Of a DNA stretch of 64,000 nucleotides, positions 54,120 through 64,000 are shown one piece after another. Source of the stretch: Eledone cirrhosa (taxonomy: Eukaryota); the NCBI GenBank assembly GCA_964016885.1, contig OZ024743.1, positions 342,612,001-342,676,000 of the forward strand, given 5' to 3'. The number at the start of each line of letters is the position of its first letter. Position 1 is the first letter of the stretch. Under the pieces are notes generated by a model. That model worked only from the letters and a program-made list of their open reading frames with translations. It was not told where the DNA came from and made no database searches. Made by a program: the position numbers and the translations under genes.

Positions 54120-57100
54120 TCTATAAAAAGGCAGATGGTTGTTGTGTGTGTGTGTGTGCATGTTCCATGTTTATACATTTGCACAATTTCAAACCGATTC
54201 GTCTCAATGTCTATAAGAATGTTGTAAATGGTCGAAATTAGATCATCGATTATTTATTTATTTCAAAATTACCCACAATTACGGAAATAATCGATAAAAC
54301 TAAATACATGACGATCTACCCCTCTAATACAATCTGATATCCTCTCTCTACTCGCCTTAAAAATCGAAAAAAAAATACATGCTGCAACCTTCTCTTATAT
54401 ACGCTTATAAACCCACTCCTTAATAATTTCCTTTAGAGAGAGAGAAAAAAATAAAGGAGTGAGATACAGAGACAAACGTTAAATACATGACGCTTACATT
54501 TTATACCAAACTACAATTATTCAAAAGCAACAGATAAATTTATTCAACAACTAGAAAAATAGCGACAAATCTTTTTTTAAAACATCTATCATCCAACTCA
54601 CACACAATTACATTTTGTGTATAACATATTTACATATTTATTGAGTGAAAAAAAAAACCACATAGGGATTTTTGGCCAAACAACTTCAAATTGCTGACAG
54701 AAGCGCGCTTTCAACAAACTGTGAATTATTTATTTGCCGTTCGTTCTACCAGTTTTTCCCCTGCGGAACGCCGACAGTTTTCAGCCTTATACTTTCAAAG
54801 GCAATGTTGTGGTAGAAATAACTTTCACCCTTTCTTTTTCACATAAAATGCCACCTAAAAAGAGAAGTCGCCTCGGTCGCCATACCGCGTCAGCGGCGGC
54901 GCAGAGAGCTATTACAGAAAACGAGTCCCCCGAGGTAACTGCTTTAAGACTTTCCCAGAGAGCCTTACGCTCAGCGGAATGCAGAGCTGCTGAAAGTTTT
55001 TAACAACGCACCGCACGCCTAGCCAAGATGGCTTCATACGACGCCTCGAGACGTGCTGCAATGTGCGATTCAGAGCGGGTGATACGTTATTCCAAAAAAA
55101 ACGCTTCTACTGCTGCTTCCAGGGCTTCAGAGGGCCCGGAACAAAGGTCGACTCGCCTGAATAGGAACGCTGCTGCTACTGCTGCTTCCAGGGCTTCAGA
55201 GGGCTCGGAACAAAGGGCGGCTCGACTGACTAGAAACGCTGCAGCTACTGCTGCTTCCCCTGGAAGGTTTGGAACGGCGGACGAATCGCCTTGCTAGGAA
55301 CGCTGCGGCTATGACTGCTTCCATGGCTTCTGAAGATGCAGACGGGCGCTCCATTAGGACTGCAAGGGTGGCTTCTGTTACTGCTGCGAGAGCTTCCCAC
55401 GACCCACAGGAGCAACATTCTACGTTGGGGTGGAACAGTCGACGACGAGAAGCTGCCCGCTGTGTGACGAGCCCCAACTGCCCATACTGGCACCTACAGG
55501 CTTTCAAGTATGAGCCCAACGTTAACTACTCGATGCGTGCCGACATAAATATAGGGGAAATGCGCTTCAATTGCAAATTCTGCAATGCAAAGAATGGGCC
55601 GGGGAGTCACCTGCAATGTGCTGCTTAAACGGTAAGGTCAGCTTGCCCCCTCTTGGGGAACCGCTAGAGCCTTTGAGGTTTACTGCCTTTGAGGTTTACC
55701 GCCAGAGCCTTACTGGTTCTACCTCAAGATCATCCAAATTCCTTCAACTCATCAGGAAGTACAATTGTGCGTTTCAAATGACTTCTTTCGGGGCTAACGT
55801 TGTCAGAGAAAGTGGTTGGATGCCTACTTTCAAGGTCCAGGGGCAGGTGTACCATCTTATTGGGTCGCTCCAGCCACTACAAAATTGCAAGCCTTCGTTC
55901 CTTCAAATTTACTTCATTTCTAACTACAGTAGGCAAGTTGATGCGCGGTTCGGCGTTATTCCAACACCTGCAAACACTGACGCTGACACTTTTGAAAGGG
56001 ACGTGCTGCTCGGTCTTCAAAACATGCTTCATGAGCACAACAGTTATATTCGCAGTTTCAAATACGCATTGGAAACAAACCCTTCACCAAACTTCACCAT
56101 TGTCATCGATGCTGACAAAAGACCTTCTGGGGAACACGCACGCCGTTATAACGCTCCTTCGTGAAATGAAGTGGCCGTAGTTATCCATGGTGAACAGCAC
56201 AATAAGCGAGACGTAGTTCTTCAAAGCCGTGACAGTGGTCTTCGACGTATTAATGAAACGCATCGTTCATACGACGCCCTGCAGTATCCCCTTCTTTTTG
56301 CATACGGAGAAGAAGGGTACCATTTCGGCATTCCTCAGCGCAAACCAAACGAGCCCACTGCTGCGACATCTAAAACTGTTTCATGTATGGCTTTATACTC
56401 TATCGCTTCATGACGAGGCCTAACGATTTCAGCACCCTGCACAGGACACGGAAACTGTTTCACCAGTTTGCAGTTGACATGGCTTCAAAGATGGAGTCGG
56501 AGAGACTGTGCTTCAAAAAATTGAATCAGAAGCAGCTGCGCTCAGACTCCTACATCCATTTGCGTGAGGGCATCAGGAATGACACTGACCCTCGGAACAT
56601 CGGCAAAATGTGCATTCTCCCCTCAACCTATACGGAGGGGGGTACATGCACGAGCGAACACAGGACGCTATGACGTTCGTTCGGCATTTTTTCATCACGT
56701 TTACGTGTAACCCCAAGTGGGTTGAGGTTACGCGGGAACTTATCCCAGGGCAGCAGTACTGCCATCGGCATGATATTATTGCCAGGGTTTTCAGGCAGAA
56801 GCTGGCTAAGCTAATGGATCTAATCAAAAAAGGGAAGGTTTTCGGGCCTGTTAGGTGCCACATGTATACTGTTGAGTGGCAGAAGAGAGGGTTGCCACAC
56901 ACGCACATTTTGGTTTGGTTGGTCACCAAAATAGACCCTACAGTTCTAGATGACGTCATCGCAGCGGAAATACCGGACCCCGTTGTTGACCGGCAGCTGT
57001 ACGACATTGTGAAGACACACATGGCGCATGGTCCGTGCGGTCCCGGTTTTCAAGAATTTCCTCATGCCACAAGGACCATGTGTACACTAAACGATACCCA

Positions 57101-60100
57101 AAGAGGTTTTGTTAAGGAGACCCAGACCGGCGGCGACGGATACCCACTGTACAGACGAAGGCGGCCTGAGAACGGTGGATTCACTATGACGTTACGGGGT
57201 TATCAAGTTGAAAATAGGTGGGTGGTCCCGTACTGTCCATTTCTGATGAAAACTTTCAACGCTCATATAAATGTAGAGTTCTGTCATTCAGTGAATGCAA
57301 AAAAGTACATATGTAAATATGTTAACAAGGCTTCCGACGCTGCCATGTTCGGCCTTCAAAACGACAATAGCAGGGACGAGGTCTCGGAGTACTTGGCAGG
57401 TCGATATATCAGCAGTGGTGAAGCTTTTTGGCGGAAATTCGGGTTTCCACTTCACCAAAGGCATCCCGCCATCATACAACTAGCGGCTCATTTGGAAAAC
57501 TGCCAGCGGGCTTACTTTACTGAACAGACTGCTGCTCATTTGGCGGCCAATCCAAAAGAAACAACTTTGTTTTTTTTACGCTTTGCCAACTTGACACATT
57601 TGCAAAAACACTTTCATATCCTCAGGTCCCGTCCTACTACGTGTGGTCAAACAACACTTGGGTGCGTAGGAAGTCAGGTCAGGATGTTGAAGGACATACT
57701 GGTGTCAAGTTTGACAGTTGTCTAGGAAGAGTGTAAACTGTACCTCCCAACCAGCATGAGTGTTTTCACCTGCGCCTTCTCCTCCATGAGGTTTTTGGCC
57801 CACGAAGCTTTCGAGACATAAGAACTGTTGACGGTGAATTATGTGATACTTTCCGGGAAGCCTGCTTTAGGCGTGGCCTTTTGGAGGATGATTCACAATG
57901 GGGCGCCACTATGGCAGAGGGCGTTTTGTTGAAACTCCTAAAAGACTAAGATCGCTTTTCGCTATTCTACTCCTATAGTGCGACTTGGGTGATCCGGCTT
58001 CTTTATGGCTTGGCTACAAAGATTACATGTCTGAAGATTTCCTGCGTCACGCTCAGTTGCTAAACCCATCGATGGAGGTCGGGTACAGTGACCTCATTTA
58101 CAACAGGGCGCTGCTTGAAATCGAAGATCCGGGCGGTAGTGCGTTGGCGGTGTATGGCCTACCTTCAACAAACCGGGAAGGCGCAAAGACACTGTCTTCG
58201 GATTTCCTGCGTGAGACATCTTATAATGTTGACGAGCTTGCCCAGTACATAGCAGAGAATGAGCCAAAGCTCCTTCCAGAAGAGAAATTCGCTTACAGCT
58301 GCGTTGTTAATTCTGTCCGGGGCAAAGCTGGGGAGATTTTTTTCCTGGACGCTCCTGGGGGGACTGGGAAAACTTTTGTCACCAAATTAATATTAGCTGA
58401 GATTAGGCGAACAGAAGGCATTGCCTTAGCTGTTGCATCATCTGGAATTGCGGCTACTTTGTTGCCGGGCGGCACGACAGCTCACTCCTATTTCAAGCTC
58501 CCGCTTGACTTAGCGAAGACTGAGACACCCACTTGCAACATCAGTAAGAGCTCCGATCAGGCAGAAGTGTTCAGACGATGCAAGCTTATCGTTTGGGACG
58601 AGTGCACGATGGCCCACAGAGGTGCTCTTGAGGCGCTAGATAGAACTCTGAGAGACATCAAAGACTCTACGGATCCCATGGGAGGCATAACACTTCTTCT
58701 TTCAGGGGACTTCAGGCAAACGCTTCCCGTTATTCCCAAGGGGACTAGAGCTGATGCAGTACGTGCGTGTCTCATGTCATCCGCATTGTGGTCCCTGGTG
58801 AAGACTCTGAAACTTCACACTAACATGCGTGCTCATATGCGAGGTGATATCGCATCAGCAGCATTTTCTCACACCCTCCTTGCACTTGGCGAAGGCAAAG
58901 CGCCCGGGGATGAAAAGGGTAATATTGCCATCGACTCACTTTGTACCGTTGTTAGTACGCCTTCTGATCTCAGGGATGCAGTGTTCCCAGATCTCCAAGC
59001 AAATTATCAGAATATGGATTGGCTTGTCCAAAGGGTTTTTCTGGCCCCGAGGAATAAAACTGTTAACCATATTAATGATCAAATGCTAAAACTCATTCCT
59101 GGGTATGGCTACGTATATAAGTCTATCGATAGAACTCCTGACCTCGATGCCGTCATCAACTATCCAATAGAGGTACTAAATTCTTTTCAGCCCCCCGGAT
59201 TACTCCCACACATATTTAAATTTGAAGTAGGTGCCCCTATAATGCTCATTTTAAATTTGCAATGGCACACGTTTGGTCCTTAGCTCCCAATCTGATTGAG
59301 GCCACGATAATCACAGGGTGCGGTCGAGGCAAGGTTGTGCTCATACCGAGGATGCATCTTTTCCCATCAGGAGCAGACCTACCTTTCCCATTTCGGAAGT
59401 CCCAGTTCCCGGTCAGGCCATGCTTCGCAATGTCAATTAACAAAGCGCAGGGGCAAACACTGTCTGTCGCGGGAATACATTTGGGGGAGCCGTGTTTCTC
59501 TCATGGTCAGCTTTACGTTAGCTGTTCGTGTGTCGGCAGCAAAAGTAATGATTTCGCGTTCGTTCCGCAAGGAAAAACAAAAAAACATTGTGTACAAGGT
59601 TTTATAGGATTACCTCCATTCCTAATTTTATAACTTTTTTATTTGTTTATTTATTACCTTTTCGTGAGTACTTTCTAAGTAGGTTAACCTTCACTGCAGT
59701 GCACTGGATACTCCCCACCACCTGCCGCACAAAGGCTGATTCTCGCGGCGTTACAAAGCTTCATTGCAACTCCGACCCTACTCAAATATCATCTGTTGCT
59801 CCTCACCAACCCCCGTTTGGTGGGCCTCGGAGGACCGTGGACAGGTTAGTATTTAGCCTCCGTACGACTCTCAAAGGGTGAACAATGCTTTCATGACGGG
59901 ATTTACATTTTTAGGCGGGTCCCTGCAATTACTTCACATTTCACCAACACCTGGCCTCCGCTCAGCTCTATTTCCCTCCCTCCGTCGGCACAGCAGCAGG
60001 CTCATCTTCTACGTCCGACGTACATGAAGCACCAACCATACAATAACCCCTCTTTCTCTTTTTGATTGTCATAATTCGACAATGTTTTCAGACCCCTGTT

Positions 60101-60426
60101 TGCGGTTCCCTCATTCCACCCCCTCCTCCGTTAAAACATGTCATGCAGAGCAACTCCATCGCAGATCTGTTGTTCGGCTGGCATCGTCTACGCGCGTGTT
60201 GCGCAAGTACTGTGAAACAATAAATTTCAACGCTTCTTTGCACAGAGATAATATCAATAGGCGAAACTACAATTGTCACTGCTGGCGCAGCTCCTGCTTC
60301 GGCAGTCCAGGTCTGCAATTCATTCAACCAGTGCCTGGCAGACAAAAAAGTGCTGCCATAAAATGGGTGGTGCAACCTAACTTTGGTAACTTACTGACCC
60401 CGAGCAACGCCGGGCTTTAATGCTAG
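54120..60426 (+). mobile_element. Full-length Helitron (Helitron1 type), about 6.3 kb
   Basis: A|TCTATAAAAAGG 5' end. 3' GC hairpin CCCGAGCAACGCCGGG (60399-60414), then CTAG|T. Internal RepHel coding region. Confidence 0.92.
54848..59607 (+). pseudogene. Helitron RepHel transposase (HUH-Y2 Rep + Pif1/SF1B helicase), multiply frameshifted
   Basis: MPPKKRSR start; C.FC.A..W.GE....CC..GKV zinc motif; FITFTCNPKW; VEWQKRGLPHTHIL; KYICKYVNK; DAPGGTGKTF; DECTM; GDFRQTLPV; FAMSINKAQGQT; HGQLYV. Confidence 0.93.
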
Positions 60427-60544
60427 TATATATATATATATTTGCAAGAGATGTCAACATCAATGGACCTGTTATTTTTATTTAAAGACATTTTTTCCAA
60501 TTCCACCCCGCCCGTCCCCTCAATCTATCTTATTTCTCATTCTT

Positions 60545-60580
60545 TCTTCTGATGAAGGACTAGCGTCCGAAACGTTAAGA
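60545..60580 (+). ncRNA. Possible minimal hammerhead motif
   Basis: TCTT-CTGATGA-aGGACtagcGTCC-GAAA-CG-TT-AAGA. Stem III can form only through the palindrome AACGTT. Confidence 0.5.
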
Positions 60581-60664
60581 CCCTCTTCCTGCTATATCAA
60601 GCGTTAACCTAATATATCCCTTCCATATACTGTACCGATCGTGTTGTTATTCTGTTTACCTGTT

Positions 60665-60747
<83 letters not shown>

Positions 60748-60791
60748 TATGTATATATATATGTGTGTGTGTGAGTGTGTCTGTGTGTACT

Positions 60792-60859
<68 letters not shown>

Positions 60860-61052
60860 TATGTATATAAATATATATATATATATGTATATACATATAT
60901 ATGTATATAATATTAAAGATACTATTTATAGCTATGTATATATTATACTATAAACAACTATAAACAGGGAAGGTCAGTAATTTATTACTACCTTATTACC
61001 AGTAAGATAAATAGCTCAATGTAAGAACATCTGTTTGTTTTACAGAGCGGTA

Positions 61053-61365
61053 ATATTGAATTCACAAGAATCAAAGTTATGTTTAAAACATTTATTTGCT
61101 GACAATTGTTTCTTCCAAACCTAGGCTTGGAGTCTTCGGGGCATTTTTAATGTTTGTACATATAATTGACCTCCTACTCAATTGAAGAAACATACAGATA
61201 CATATATATATATATTGATGTTGTGTACAACAGTTTCATGTTTGCAGTGTGGAATTGATGTGACATATATTATATTATACTATATTTGTACAATAATTCA
61301 AATGTAATATAATATATGTCACATCAATTCCACACTGTAAACATGAAACTGTTGTACTACAACAT

Positions 61366-61423
<58 letters not shown>

Positions 61424-61560
61424 TTCTTCGGTTGAGTAGGAGGTCAATTATATGTACAAACATTAAAAATGCTCCGAAGACATCAGGCCTAGGTTTGGAA
61501 GAAACAATTGTCAGCAAATAAATGTTTTAAACATAACTTTGATTCTTGTGAATTCAATAT
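61053..61560. mobile_element. ~510-bp foldback palindrome of PLE-like family D with an HHR motif in each arm
   Basis: 61053-61280 is the reverse complement of 61302-61560, apart from (TA)n length. HHRs at 61097-61143 (-) and 61470-61516 (+): TGCT-CCGAAGA-stem II-GAAA-CAATTG-TC-AGCA. Confidence 0.85.
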
Positions 61561-61644
61561 ATATGTATATATAGATATATATATAAATGTATGTGTGTGT
61601 GTGTAGTTATATATCTATATATATATGTATATATATATATGTAT

Positions 61645-61738
<94 letters not shown>

Positions 61739-63088
61739 GGGAGAGAGAGAGAGGAGGGGTGAATGTTACCTATCCTTCCAATTTTTCATGGTACTCACTT
61801 TATTTTGTTTTTTTGCCAATGGTCCTTTATCTCACTTAATCCTATCTGACTACCACATTAAAGCCCCATCTCTTATTCACCTAGTCTCTTTCTCCTATCA
61901 TAAAACTTTCGTTTTTCATTTTTATAAAATACCAGCTGCCACTAACATTTTATTGATTTTTCAAAAATGATATACTTTATCACTTTAATCTTATTTTGTT
62001 GTATCACCAATAGTGATCTACGCCACCATAACAAAACTTCTAATATTACTTTCACCCAATCACCTTTTCGACTTCGTTTTCTCTTTCTATCATCAAAAGA
62101 TGGCACGAGCACTATTTTGATTTACACTTCTCTATTTGTACATACACACATACCGCTCTACTCCCAGACCTCCCACAATCCCTTCTCTCCCCCTTCTCCC
62201 CCCCCCCTCTCTCACTTTATACATATACATATTCAAAATACCACAATAGATAATTTTCCTCAGAAAGTTAAGCACTTACCAAAACTAATATTAGTAACCA
62301 CTTACTATGAAGTTTTGAACTATTAAAGAATACCAACCACCAGTAAAGTCATTCTTCTCTTTTTTCATATCTAAATGGAGGCTCAGACAGGTATGTGAGA
62401 CAAGATTGTAACGAAGCAATTGTACGTTAGTGTATGTATATATATATATATAAATATATTTATCTCTTTCTCTCTTACTTTTTATTTTAACCCTTTACTA
62501 TATTTTTTGTATTTTTTGGCATTTTTATTTCGCCAATTCATGAACTCAATACACTATATTAGTACGGCGTCCACTCACCAACATTTCGCCTATCAAACAT
62601 CGTATTTCTTTTTATGTTATTGTTATCATTACTGTCATCACTATTTTACACATCCACCTACTCACCATTATAACTTCAACTACCACCACCACTATTACTA
62701 TTATCAGTAACCGTATTTTTTATTATTTTTATTATTTTTTATTATTGATATTATTGTTTTCATTTACTTTATTCTCCGATGTATCTATAAATACCAGTGC
62801 CCTGTCTTACACCCTTCAGTAGTTCGATCATTTGATCAGAGACAGACACTGTAATTAAGGTTGAGTGACGCAATTTCTAGCGATAAGCGGCCTTTAGACT
62901 CACCTGATTAATGAAACAATTGTTAATACTGTAAATAAACCCTTTTCGTACAGCCGACCATGTTATTCTTCACTCTTTCACCATATTTATAAATATATAT
63001 GCATATATGCGTGTGTGTGTGGGTGTGTGTTTGTGTGTGTGTGTGTATGTGTGTGGGTGTGGGTGTGGGTGGGTGGGCGTGTGGGTGT

Positions 63089-63150
<62 letters not shown>

Positions 63151-63177
63151 GAGCGTATGTGTGCGTGAGTGTGTGTG

Positions 63178-63302
63178 GAGGTGCGTGGCCTAGTGGTAAG
63201 GGTGTTGGACGTACGATCATAATGTCGTGGGTTCGAATCCTGGGTGGGTGGGTTGTGTCTAATATTCTTGAGCGAAGACACTTCAATTCACGTTGCCCCA
63301 GT
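63178..63302 (+). mobile_element. tRNA-derived SINE S2 head
   Basis: TGGCCTAGTGG A box, GGTTCGAATCC B box, then a degraded core. Confidence 0.8.
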
Positions 63303-63359
63303 ATGGTCACCTGAAAATAATATAGTTATATATGTGTGTGTGTCTGGGTGTGTGTGCGA

Positions 63360-63690
63360 TAATTGTTTTTACTTTAGGCACAAAATCACTAATTTGGAGA
63401 GGAGGGGAAAATAGATTAAATCGACACCAGTGTGTGACTGGTACTTTATTTTATCGACCCCGTAAGGAGGAGAGGCAAAGTTAACCGCAGCAGGATTTGC
63501 ACTCAGACCGTAAAGGACCGCATCTCTGTCGGACGCCATGCTTTGCAGCATAGAATTATGGCCCTTGCCATTCTGAGTTCAAATTCCGCCGAGGTAAACT
63601 TTGCCTTTCATCCTTACGGGGTTGACAAAATAAAGTACCAGTAATGTACTGAGTAATTGCTGGCCTTGTGCCAAAAGTAGAAACAATTAT
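63360..63690. mobile_element. Two S1-type SINEs in head-to-head orientation
   Basis: 63360-63520 is a minus copy and 63525-63690 a plus copy. The cores are mutually inverted. Confidence 0.8.
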
Positions 63691-63696
63691 TATTAA

Positions 63697-63741
<45 letters not shown>

Positions 63742-63742
<1 letters not shown>

Positions 63743-64000
63743 GTTGTTCTTTGAGTCTCAGTCATTGATGTTAGTTAACTGGAAAGTTTGTTGAAATGAA
63801 TATCAAGCCACTACCTGCAGCCTCAGATATTCAGGACGTATCGGAGGGTTCTTGCTGTTCCCAGAAAGCTTGCCTTTTGAAGCGTTCCAAAAAGCGTGGC
63901 GGGGCCAATTTTCTTTAACCATCCCTGGAAACTTTTTGAGATAGTCCCTAGTGCGCCTATGACAATCGGGACCACTTTGACTTTATGGCAGTTCCAAATC
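63742..64000 (-). mobile_element. 3' end of a second R4/Dong RLE retrotransposon ending in (TAA)n
   Basis: Minus frame IWNCHKVKVVPIVIGALGTISKSFQGWLKKIGPATLFGTLQKASFLGTARTLRYVLNI* (stop at 63823). A short 3' UTR follows, then (TAA)n at 63690-63741. Confidence 0.85.

Noticed and set aside
57985-59607. Host PIF1 helicase gene
   Set aside because: It is intronless, frameshifted, downstream of a HUH Rep domain and inside TC...CTAG Helitron termini.

Overview
Eukaryotic, AT-rich, microsatellite-saturated window made almost entirely of transposons. The SINE sequences and repeat landscape resemble an octopus/coleoid cephalopod genome (inference). No host gene could be supported. Main contents: a Tx1/L1-like ORF1 remnant (1-1650); a mariner-derived foldback element and other Tc1/mariner MITEs; two R4/Dong-type RLE retrotransposon families, one embedded in (CATA)n (near full-length at 37.0-40.6 kb, truncated at 5.9-6.7 kb) and one ending in (TAA)n at the window end; an RTE LINE 3' end with three C2H2 fingers plus a family of short bipartite RTE-derived elements; several Penelope-like elements (PLEs), including a near-complete RT+GIY-YIG copy at 46.8-49.3 kb; a full-length but frameshifted Helitron (54120-60426) with STPR-like 23-aa repeats; and tRNA-derived SINEs. 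The main signal not visible in the ORF track is a dense set of minimal type I hammerhead ribozyme (HHR) motifs from at least six PLE-related repeat families. They include covarying stems, two unrelated U3-A8 core variants (UUGAAAA), a 440-bp tandem retrozyme-like array, and several HHR-bearing foldback palindromes. All structures were read by eye, so coordinates may be off by a few bases.
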